Assembly (NCBI GenBank): GCA_002383495.1
Contig: DFZO01000001.1
Coordinates: 4,374-68,373, forward strand
Direction of reading: 5' to 3'
DNA: 64,000 bases
Source: Syntrophaceae bacterium UBA4054
GTDB taxonomy: Bacteria > Desulfobacterota > Syntrophia > Syntrophales > UBA4778
Shown here: positions 1-5,658 of the stretch, piece by piece
Layout of the letters: each line of letters starts with the position of its first letter
How positions within the stretch are numbered: position 1 is the stretch's first letter
Program-made: the position numbers and the translations under genes
Notes under the pieces: generated by a model
Database searches by the model: none
Seen by the model: only the letters and a program-made list of their open reading frames with translations
Told to the model about the DNA's origin: nothing

Positions 1-497
1 GTAAAAAGAAGAATGTCCCTCAGCTCTGCCTTGTTGTCATTTGTGACCGCCGTTTTGATGTAACACGGTATACCCAGCAGACGGCACATCCCGATGGCTT
101 CTATTACCCTCCGGAAACTGCCCTCTTTTCTGTTGCGGTCGTGTTTTTCTTCTATGGCGCTATCCAGGCTGAACCCCACCAGTTGAATGCGTTTGCGGAT
201 TTGCGGCGTTCGTATGAGGGGTAATATTCTATCTTTGAAGAGGTAACCATTCGTCAGGATTTCGAAATCGATGGTGTTCTCGGCAAGGCTCTGGAAGATA
301 TCTTCAAGCTGGGGGTGAAGCGAAAGCTCTCCCGACCCGGTGATGCCGGCATATCTGAATCCCAGACTCCGAAGCTGTCTCATGAGGTCGGAGAATATCT
401 CCTTTTCCATGTACACGGGCTTTGCGGACTTTGCCACAAGGCAGTGCCGGCAGGTAAAATTGCAGAAATTAACGATATCGATTGTCGGCGCTTTCAT
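1..497 (-). CDS. radical SAM enzyme, second paralog (partial; 3' end runs off the window start)
   Basis: My own minus-strand translation from the ATG at 495-497 gives MKAPTIDIVNFCNFTCRHCLVAK...GITGSGELSLHP...NRKEGSFRRVIEAIG. It has the CX3CX2C cluster motif and aligns block by block with the 469-1461 product. It overlaps that gene's 3' end by 29 nt. It is absent from the ORF track because it stays open to the window edge. Confidence 0.75.
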   Translation of the reverse strand, partial: MKAPTIDIVNFCNFTCRHCLVAKSAKPVYMEKEIFSDLMRQLRSLGFRYAGITGSGELSLHPQLEDIFQSLAENTIDFEILTNGYLFKDRILPLIRTPQIRKRIQLVGFSLDSAIEEKHDRNRKEGSFRRVIEAIGMCRLLGIPCYIKTAVTNDNKAELRDILLF

Positions 498-1461
498 CCG
501 CTTCCATCCACTTCATTTTTCCGAAAAGCCGGAAACACTTCGTACAGTTGACAGGCCAGTCTTTTTTGAGGTCCGAACGCATGACCTTATCCATGAACCA
601 TGCCAGCGTCCGGTAATGCCGGAGTATCCCTTCCTCGATGCCGATTTCCCGGATGTTCCCCAGATATTCTCTTCCGAATACATTCGGACTGTCTCCGTTC
701 GTCGGGTGGGAGAGATTACAGCAGAAGATGAAATTCCCCAGGTGGTCAAAGGAGATTCCATTAGCGGGATTGCAGAGGGGAACCCTGTAATCCGGATGTG
801 CAAATCCTTCGATACTGATGTTCAATAAAAATGACGGCATTATCCTGCCGGTTATTTGCCTGATGACTTCGGAATATTCTTCAGCCGTGGGCAAGAGATT
901 GCTCGATACAAGACGGGGCGTGGGCGTGAGCAGGACATACCCAAGGCTTCCTGCTCCTATCGATGCGCATAAATGGGCGACTTCCACGATGTCTTTCCTG
1001 TTTTCACTGTGAACGATGCTTTTGACGGACACAGGAATCTTCTCTTTCACACAGGCTTCGATTGAACTGATGACCCTGTCGAAACTTCCTTCTTTTCTTA
1101 TCATATCGTGGGAAGCCGATGTCGCGCCATCAAGGCTGAAACAGACCCCGTCGAGATGTCTTCTCACTTTAGAATCAAAGAGGGGAAGAATCTTATCTTC
1201 AAACAGAAAACCGTTGCTGACCAGGCTGAATCGAACCCCATAATCGACCAGAAGATCACAGACACGGTTCAACTCGGGGTGAAGAGCGGGTTCGCCGCCC
1301 GTAAGACACACATTCATCATGCCTACGGAAGACATTTCCCTGAGCACTAAATCGAGGAGATCGGGAGACATATGCGCCCTGGGCGCCACTTTGTCCCTGA
1401 GGCAGTGGATGCAATCGAAATTACAATGATTCGTGATGTCTATGGCAATGTTATATAGCAT
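469..1461 (-). CDS. radical SAM enzyme with C-terminal Cys-rich (SPASM/twitch-like) extension, peptide-maturase type
   Basis: 330 aa. The N-terminus has NHCNFDCIHC (CX3CX2C) and a GGEP SAM-binding motif. The C-terminal part has CNPANGISFDHLGNFIFCCN and CTKC, suggesting an auxiliary-cluster domain. It sits next to a PqqD-family gene. Confidence 0.85.
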   Translation of the reverse strand: MLYNIAIDITNHCNFDCIHCLRDKVAPRAHMSPDLLDLVLREMSSVGMMNVCLTGGEPALHPELNRVCDLLVDYGVRFSLVSNGFLFEDKILPLFDSKVRRHLDGVCFSLDGATSASHDMIRKEGSFDRVISSIEACVKEKIPVSVKSIVHSENRKDIVEVAHLCASIGAGSLGYVLLTPTPRLVSSNLLPTAEEYSEVIRQITGRIMPSFLLNISIEGFAHPDYRVPLCNPANGISFDHLGNFIFCCNLSHPTNGDSPNVFGREYLGNIREIGIEEGILRHYRTLAWFMDKVMRSDLKKDWPVNCTKCFRLFGKMKWMEADESADNRYR

Positions 1462-1504
1462 ATCATGAATAAAACGTTGAAAGGCAAGGACCGCGGAACG
1501 GGTT

Positions 1505-1520
1505 TCCGGTCACCACCGGA
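1505..1520 (-). promoter_or_regulatory. short GC-rich intercistronic hairpin between the 96-aa gene and the radical SAM gene
   Basis: The minus strand reads UCCGGU-GGUG-ACCGGA, a 6-bp stem with a 4-nt loop, inside the 71-nt spacer 1462-1532. The position resembles attenuator hairpins that follow precursor genes in RiPP operons. No U-tract follows. Confidence 0.3.
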
Positions 1521-1532
1521 TTTCGGTATGAT

Positions 1533-1823
1533 TTATAGTTTTTGTGCCAGTTTCGTGAAGACATTCTGCAATGCATAGTTGACCCTCGTAAAATTGGTCT
1601 GCAGGGCAACATTGGATTCTGTGACTTGTTGCAGCACCGCGTAACTGCTTTCGGCAATGACCTGCGCGTTGGCCACATAGGTATCTATGGCAGCAACGGT
1701 TGTATTGGTCACCGGAGTATTGGAAACTGCAAGGACATACTGGGTTTTGGTCACCCATGCCCTGACAGTCAGAATCTGGGACTCATCCCTTATATCGGGT
1801 CTTATGTATTTTTTCTTTTCCAT
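1533..1823 (-). CDS. hypothetical 96-aa protein, Cys-free and T/V/N/A/Q-rich; candidate substrate of the adjacent rSAM enzymes
   Basis: The ORF overlaps the PqqD gene's 3' end by 22 nt, which suggests translational coupling, and ends 71 nt before the rSAM gene. The sequence looks like a real protein (MEKKKYIRPDIRDE...NAQVIAESSYAVLQQVTESNVALQTNF...). The other minus frames give R/C/H-rich off-frame-looking products. Confidence 0.45.
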   Translation of the reverse strand: MEKKKYIRPDIRDESQILTVRAWVTKTQYVLAVSNTPVTNTTVAAIDTYVANAQVIAESSYAVLQQVTESNVALQTNFTRVNYALQNVFTKLAQKL

Positions 1824-2062
1824 GAGGGTGCCTTTTTCTCAAGTCTATCCATGAAATCCAGGATGTCTTTTTCCAACTCCTCTTCCCCAACGTCGTATTG
1901 CTCAAGCAATGCCGATTTTATTTCCTCTACCGTCTTGCCGTCGTTGACCATCTTGGCAATAAGGAGAGCTGTCTCATTGAGAAAATAGCTTGTGCTCCGC
2001 TCGACATCAATCATCATGCCTTCGCCATCGACTTCTGCCAGAATGATCTCGTCTTTCATCAT
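1802..2062 (-). CDS. PqqD-family protein (RiPP-recognition-element type peptide chaperone)
   Basis: 86 aa, with LNETALLIAKMVNDGKTVEEIKSALLEQYDV..EELEKDILDFMDRLEKK, which matches the PqqD winged-helix pattern. AAAGAGG lies 8 nt upstream of the ATG. It is the first gene of the rSAM operon. Confidence 0.75.
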   Translation of the reverse strand: MMKDEIILAEVDGEGMMIDVERSTSYFLNETALLIAKMVNDGKTVEEIKSALLEQYDVGEEELEKDILDFMDRLEKKAPSWKRKNT

Positions 2063-2206
2063 CGTTCGGAACCTCTTTCGTTAATATAGACTATATGTTG
2101 CTATTTTGCAACTGAAGTCTGATCAATGAAGATGTCCCTGTTTTGCGATCACCATACTTATTCTGATTGCATGTGAACTCTGAGGCCACGAACTCCCGAG
2201 AGGTGC

Positions 2207-2246
2207 GGGCGAGAGGAAAGGAATTTGAAGAATTTTAACAATACCC
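2207..2246 (+). repeat. 40-nt direct repeat, left copy (gggcgagaggaaaggaatttgaagaattttaacaataccc)
   Basis: Identical to 6986-7024 except for one extra A (39 of 40 positions). The two copies bracket the whole Cys-rich/repeat-domain cassette. Confidence 0.85.
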
Positions 2247-2366
2247 GGATACAACTGCCGCCAACTTCTCGCTGATACCAATCCTTACGGCCTCCCCACT
2301 ACTAAAATGACAGAATTTTTGAATCGGGTCCGACATTTTATTCCGTTTACTATACCTATTATCTAT

Positions 2367-2401
2367 CCGCATTAATTAATTGTATTTCAAGCATTGTTTT
2401 T
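2367..2401 (+). promoter_or_regulatory. conserved 35-nt AT-rich motif with palindromic ATTAATTAA core, copy A
   Basis: CCGCATTAATTAATTGTATTTCAAGCATTGTTTTT matches 15360-15394 at 30 of 35 positions by my count. It lies in the long intergenic region upstream of the Cys-rich array. Confidence 0.4.
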
Positions 2402-2421
2402 TTGTCCTGCAGATATGACTC

Positions 2422-2467
2422 TTGGCAGGCATAACGGACAGGGCAAAATCTTCCGTTTTGCCTGCCA
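2422..2467 (+). other. extended imperfect stem-loop
   Basis: TTGGCAGGC (2422-2430) pairs with GCCTGCCAA (2459-2467), and AACGGA (2433-2438) pairs with TCCGTT (2452-2457). That gives 9 + 6 bp with a 2x2 internal loop. No U-tract follows. Confidence 0.35.
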
Positions 2468-2515
2468 ATATCAGCCTGATCACTATGATCATAATAAATA
2501 CCCTATCAAAGGAGG

Positions 2516-2629
2516 GCCCTCATCGTGGGGAACAAGACCATAAGGCCGGGCAACACGGTCCGGGTGGATTTCGACGAAAAGGGGTACGCCTGCATTGCCC
2601 ATTTTGTCCAGAAGATCGAGAAGGGATAG
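2516..2629 (+). pseudogene. 3'-terminal remnant of a repeat-domain (D-family) gene
   Basis: My own translation ALIVGNKTIRPGNTVRVDFDEKGYACIAHFVQKIEKG* aligns with the C-terminus of the 6115-6825 product (VFVGNKKIIKGDTVRVGFDEKKGAYVAHTVLKIEKR*). There is no start codon, and an in-frame stop lies just upstream. Confidence 0.6.
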
Positions 2630-2694
2630 ATATTGTCAGAGGTCCATGAAAACAAAACAGGAGGTATCACAAAGACAGGAAAGGAGGAATAGCC

Positions 2695-3009
2695 ATGAAA
2701 CGTTTTATCATTGGGATCATCATCATTACATTGTGTCTGAGTCTCGGTCCCCTTGCGGGAGTCGGGTCGGCGGGATGGCCGGACGCAAATTCGGCATCGG
2801 AGGGCTGTTCGGTCAAAAAGTTTTCCTGTTGTAAGGCACAAAAACATATCGGGACGATGTCGGTCAAGATGTGCTGGAATGTGCGTAATTCTGCCTGTGC
2901 ACCCTGCAAGAGCCGGCATGAGCTTGACAGGGAATGCAACGAGAAATTCAAGAATTGTGGAAACAGATGCCGTCTGACTGTCAAATGCGGAACTTTCGAG
3001 CAGTGGTAA
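2695..3009 (+). CDS. small secreted cysteine-rich protein, paralog P1 (most divergent)
   Basis: 104 aa with AAGGAGG upstream. MKRFIIGIIIITLCLSLGPLAGVGSAG looks like a signal peptide. The mature part has 10 Cys on the family scaffold (..MCWNV....CAPC.........CNEK...C...C). Confidence 0.75.
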   Translation: MKRFIIGIIIITLCLSLGPLAGVGSAGWPDANSASEGCSVKKFSCCKAQKHIGTMSVKMCWNVRNSACAPCKSRHELDRECNEKFKNCGNRCRLTVKCGTFEQW

Positions 3010-3276
3010 TTGGCCCGTCCTGAAGAATGACCATTTCATGGTTCTTTTCACGGCATCTGTTCTCTGAAAACTGATGCCGGCGACAGGGTAAAGTGTTTCT
3101 CCGCGGCAAGCGGCATCACATCTGCAATGAGACCGTCAAATAGGGGCGGCAGCGATAGAACAAGATGCCTGCGGGAAGCTCAAGAAGGGCATTCCGGCTT
3201 ATGAAGGAAATAAAGTTGTTTCAATAAACATGAAAGAATCGTTGGCAACCAAATCAACAAAAAGGAGGACAGTACC

Positions 3277-3624
3277 ATGAAGAAAGGTGTTTTGATTCTG
3301 GGGGTGCTCGTCATTATGATTTTTGCTTCCTTTGCTGTTAACATAGGGATAGCCCGGGCAGATTGTGGTGACGAGAAGGTGTATTGCAAGATAGAAGGGG
3401 GCACGGAAGTAGGTACCGTCAAGGTTGGCAAGTGCTATGACTGGAAACATGCTAAATGTAAAGTGTGTCATGGCAACGCATATTTTGCCAAACAGTGCAA
3501 TAAAAAAATAATAGCGTGTGTCGGGAAATGCTGGGGTTGCATAATGGGGAAATGTTGGTGGACGGACTGGAAAAAATGCGAAGCTTGCTATGATCAAAAC
3601 GGAAACAAGCACGATCCGAAGTAG
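3277..3624 (+). CDS. small secreted cysteine-rich protein, paralog P2
   Basis: 115 aa with AAGGAGG upstream. The signal peptide ends in ARA. The mature part has 12 Cys, VGTVKVGKCYDW, CKVCHG (CxxCH) and CNKK. Confidence 0.85.
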   Translation: MKKGVLILGVLVIMIFASFAVNIGIARADCGDEKVYCKIEGGTEVGTVKVGKCYDWKHAKCKVCHGNAYFAKQCNKKIIACVGKCWGCIMGKCWWTDWKKCEACYDQNGNKHDPK

Positions 3625-3639
3625 ACTATCTCTACGGCT

Positions 3640-3784
3640 ATTGTCTCGAGGCGCAATCAATACCTCGGAGGCCATCGTCGTCGGGAACAAGATCATCAAA
3701 GCCGGCAATACGGTGCGTGTCGGCTATGACAGGGAAGACAACACCTTTATGGCACATATGGTGCTGAAGATCGAAAAGAGATAA
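3640..3784 (+). pseudogene. 3'-terminal remnant of a repeat-domain (D-family) gene
   Basis: The track ORF 3590-3784 ends in ..NTSEAIVVGNKIIKAGNTVRVGYDREDNTFMAHMVLKIEKR*, homologous to the last ~42 aa of the 6115-6825 product. Its 5' part overlaps the P2 gene and has no domain homology. The left boundary is approximate. Confidence 0.6.
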
Positions 3785-3800
3785 GAAAGGAGAAAATACC

Positions 3801-4082
3801 ATGAAACGTTTTATGATCGGAACCATCGCAGTGATTGCGCTTTGTCTGTTCATCGTATCCTTTTCTGGAGTCTCGTCGGCGGGATGTTCGGACTCAAAGT
3901 GCCCATGCTATAAAAACAATACAACCATTTCTGTCGGAAAGGTCACGGTCGGGAATTGCTGGAAGTGGTCGCCGCCGGGTTGTGATCTTTGCCACGGCTA
4001 CAAAGGGATTGTAAAGAAGTGCAACAAGAAGTACAAGGAGTGTAACAATGAATGCTATTCATCTGAAAGTGATTGCTCCTGA
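3801..4082 (+). CDS. small secreted cysteine-rich protein, paralog P3
   Basis: 93 aa with AAAGGAG upstream. The signal peptide ends in SSA. The mature part has 10 Cys, VGKVTVGNCWKW, CDLCHG (CxxCH) and CNKK. Confidence 0.85.
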   Translation: MKRFMIGTIAVIALCLFIVSFSGVSSAGCSDSKCPCYKNNTTISVGKVTVGNCWKWSPPGCDLCHGYKGIVKKCNKKYKECNNECYSSESDCS

Positions 4083-4113
4083 TAAAATATGAATACTCAA
4101 TGAATAACACATC

Positions 4114-4122
4114 ATTAATTAA
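4114..4122. promoter_or_regulatory. third copy of the palindromic ATTAATTAA core
   Basis: tcATTAATTAAtg lies 34 nt upstream of the P4 start. The other two copies I found in the window sit in the conserved motifs at 2371-2379 and 15364-15372. Confidence 0.3.
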
Positions 4123-4155
4123 TGCGCCCAAAGGCGGTTCGCATCGGAGGTGAAA

Positions 4156-4485
4156 ATGAAAACTTTGGCAATTGCATTTGTTATGTTTGTGGTGATATTT
4201 TTTTCAGGGTTTGTCGGATTCAGCTATGCCGGCTGCCCAGATTGGCATGGATTCTGTTATGCAGACGCCGGAAATGGGAGGCTGTTAGGAAAGGTCACGG
4301 TCGGCAAGTGCTGGAAGTGGAATGGGAATGGCTGTGATTTTTGTCGCGGGAACAAGGAGCCGGTCCGGCATTGTAATGGCAAATATGTACTGTGTTTGTT
4401 CAACTGCTGGGCATGTGACGATAAAAAGGGTAACGATAGAACCTGCTGGGACAAGCATGGTAACAGGCATGATTCAAATTGGTGA
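4156..4485 (+). CDS. small secreted cysteine-rich protein, paralog P4
   Basis: The track ORF starts at GTG 4150. The ATG at 4156 is better placed, 5 nt after GGAGG. The signal peptide ends in SYA. The mature part has 10 Cys, GKVTVGKCWKW, CDFCRG (no His) and CNGK. Confidence 0.8.
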   Translation: MKTLAIAFVMFVVIFFSGFVGFSYAGCPDWHGFCYADAGNGRLLGKVTVGKCWKWNGNGCDFCRGNKEPVRHCNGKYVLCLFNCWACDDKKGNDRTCWDKHGNRHDSNW

Positions 4486-4570
4486 GCGTTAGCCCTCGCT
4501 GGCATGTCGTGCTGCAGCATGACATCGGGTGTGAATCGCCCGATGAGGATTGCGCTAAAATGAATTTTAG

Positions 4571-4705
4571 CACGTGCCCCTGTACCTGGATCTGCTGCCC
4601 GATCAAGCGGAGGCGCGGGAAATGCTGACAAAGCACGGCTTTGAAATCGTGAGATCCACGGACGAGGCGGCGTTTTACCTCGTCGTGGCAAAAACGATAA
4701 AATAG
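4571..4705 (+). pseudogene. possible C-terminal fragment of an unrelated gene (class-I methyltransferase-like tail)
   Basis: My own translation after an in-frame stop gives HVPLYLDLLPDQAEAREMLTKHGFEIVRSTDEAAFYLVVAKTIK*. This resembles the ..GFE.V......YLVVA.K C-termini of SAM-dependent methyltransferases. It has no start codon or RBS. The family assignment is from memory only. Confidence 0.3.
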
Positions 4706-4762
4706 GATTTGATGGAACGTCCTCGATTATCAGGTATCAGGCAAGAAAGGAGGTCATATACC

Positions 4763-5137
4763 ATGAAGAAAGGTGTTTTGATTTTGGGGGTGCTCATCAT
4801 TATGATTTTTGCTTCATTTGCTGTTAACATAGGGATAGCCCGGGCGGGCTGTAGTGACAGAAAGGTGTCTTGCAAGATAGAAGGGCGCATTGACGTAGGC
4901 ACCGTCTATGTTGGCACGTGTTATGACTGGAGAACAACTCGTTGCAATTTTTGTCATGGCAACGCATATACTGTCAAACAGTGCAATAAAAAAATAGTGG
5001 CGTGTGCGTATTTTGGGAACTGCTGGGGTTGCTGGAAAGAAGCGAGGGGGGGGAATTGGACTGAAACCTGCTATCCATCGGGTAATGGCAAGTTAACACC
5101 GAGGGGACATGTTTCGATGTATAATTTGGAGGATTGA
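4763..5137 (+). CDS. small secreted cysteine-rich protein, paralog P5 (chimeric 3' end)
   Basis: The track ORF 4709-5137 has its likely true start at the ATG at 4763, after AAAGGAGG. MKKGVLILGVLIIMIFASFAVNIGIARA is nearly identical to the P2/P6 signal peptides. The mature part has 10 Cys and CNFCHG (CxxCH). The last ~19 codons are encoded by the repeat element at 5080-5163. Confidence 0.8.
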   Translation: MKKGVLILGVLIIMIFASFAVNIGIARAGCSDRKVSCKIEGRIDVGTVYVGTCYDWRTTRCNFCHGNAYTVKQCNKKIVACAYFGNCWGCWKEARGGNWTETCYPSGNGKLTPRGHVSMYNLED

Positions 5138-5163
5138 CCACAAATAAAACGAAAAAAGGAGGA
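5080..5163 (+). repeat. ~80-nt repeated upstream module R, copy 1 (contains TGTATAAT and the AAGGAGG RBS)
   Basis: gggtaatggcaagttaacaccgaggggacatgtttcgatgtataatttggaggattgaccacaaataaaac...aaggagg is near-identical to 5572-5650, with a few substitutions and indels. TATAAT at 5120-5125 is preceded directly by TG, so it could be an extended -10. Copy 1 overlaps the P5 3' end and precedes P6. Confidence 0.7.
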
Positions 5164-5170
5164 CAGTACC

Positions 5171-5515
5171 ATGAAGAAATGTGTTTTGATTTTGGGGGTG
5201 CTCGTCATTATGGTTTTTGCTTCCTTTGCTGTTAACATAGGAACAGCCCGGGCAAGCTGCAGTAACATAGAGGTGGATTGTAAGATAGAAGGGAGCATTA
5301 AAGTAGGCACCGTCTATGTTGGCGGGTGCTACGACTGGGCTAATAATGAGTGTAAAGTGTGTCATGGCAACGCATACCCTGCCAAACAGTGCAATAAAAA
5401 AATAGTGGCGTGTGCGTATTTCGGGAACTGTTTGGGTTGCTGGATGAGTGGGGATACAGATCCTTCTCATGAAGTTTGCTATGATATAAACGGAAACAAG
5501 CACGATCCGAAGTGA
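5171..5515 (+). CDS. small secreted cysteine-rich protein, paralog P6
   Basis: 114 aa with AAGGAGG upstream. The signal peptide ends in ARA. The mature part has 10 Cys, VGTVYVGGCYDW, CKVCHG (CxxCH) and CNKK. Its C-terminal NGNKHDPK is shared with P2. Confidence 0.85.
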   Translation: MKKCVLILGVLVIMVFASFAVNIGTARASCSNIEVDCKIEGSIKVGTVYVGGCYDWANNECKVCHGNAYPAKQCNKKIVACAYFGNCLGCWMSGDTDPSHEVCYDINGNKHDPK

Positions 5516-5571
5516 ACCATCCCTCCGGTTATTGTCTCGAGGCGCAATGAACAACTCAACAACAGCCCCTA

Positions 5572-5650
5572 GGGTAATGGCAGTTAACACCGAGTGGACA
5601 TGTTTCGATGTATAATTTGGAGGATTGACCACCAATAAAACAAAAGGAGG
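5572..5650 (+). repeat. repeated upstream module R, copy 2
   Basis: Near-identical to 5080-5163, with TATAAT at 5611-5616. This copy is entirely intergenic and precedes the 5659 gene. Confidence 0.7.
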
Positions 5651-5658
5651 CACTGCCC

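Noticed and set aside
1463-1758. Cys-containing alternative minus-strand frames (1463-1678, 71 aa; 1510-1758, 82 aa) as the true rSAM precursor.
   Set aside because: This was tempting because rSAM maturases often act on Cys-rich peptides and 1463-1678 ends right at the rSAM start. Both frames are R/C/H/P-rich in the way off-frame translations are, and both lack an RBS. They overlap the better-looking 96-aa frame that is coupled to the PqqD gene. I keep this only as a low-probability alternative, testable by ribosome profiling or MS.
2083-2111. TTGCAA-17-TATATT promoter-like match on the minus strand upstream of the PqqD gene, plus the GTTGC-N6-GCAAC inverted repeat at 2096-2112.
   Set aside because: The -10 element would sit only ~5 nt from the RBS (2072-2078), so the predicted transcript start would fall within the RBS itself. 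I do not trust it as the operon promoter. The inverted repeat is only 5 bp.
2126-2176. 16-aa plus-strand mini-ORF MKMSLFCDHHTYSDCM in the divergent intergenic region, as a possible tiny Cys peptide precursor.
   Set aside because: It has no Shine-Dalgarno sequence and no conservation evidence available. It lies in a probable promoter region, and ORFs this short arise by chance.
2695-3880. Lipoprotein interpretation of P1 and P3, since both have a Cys inside the N-terminal hydrophobic segment (ITLC, IALC).
   Set aside because: The residues preceding those Cys do not fit a lipobox: Leu sits at -1 instead of Gly, Ala or Ser. A normal AxA-type site follows further downstream. The other paralogs lack this Cys.
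469-5515. The idea that the two radical-SAM enzymes mature the six Cys-rich peptides (sacti/ranthipeptide-like).
   Set aside because: The Cys-rich proteins have canonical Sec-type signal peptides with AxA sites rather than RiPP leaders. They sit on the opposite strand, in a cassette bounded by its own direct repeats, and they are 65-90 aa when mature. Cytoplasmic rSAM modification before export does have precedent in other systems, so this is de-prioritised rather than excluded.
3199-5653. Minus-strand ORFs 3199-3708 (169 aa) and 5093-5653 (186 aa) look like paralogs of each other, and smaller ones occur at 3180-3431, 4675-4902 and 5071-5310.
   Set aside because: Their mutual similarity only reflects the duplicated DNA of the P2/P5/P6 genes on the other strand. 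The plus-strand frames have strong RBSs, signal peptides and a conserved Cys scaffold; the minus frames have none of these.
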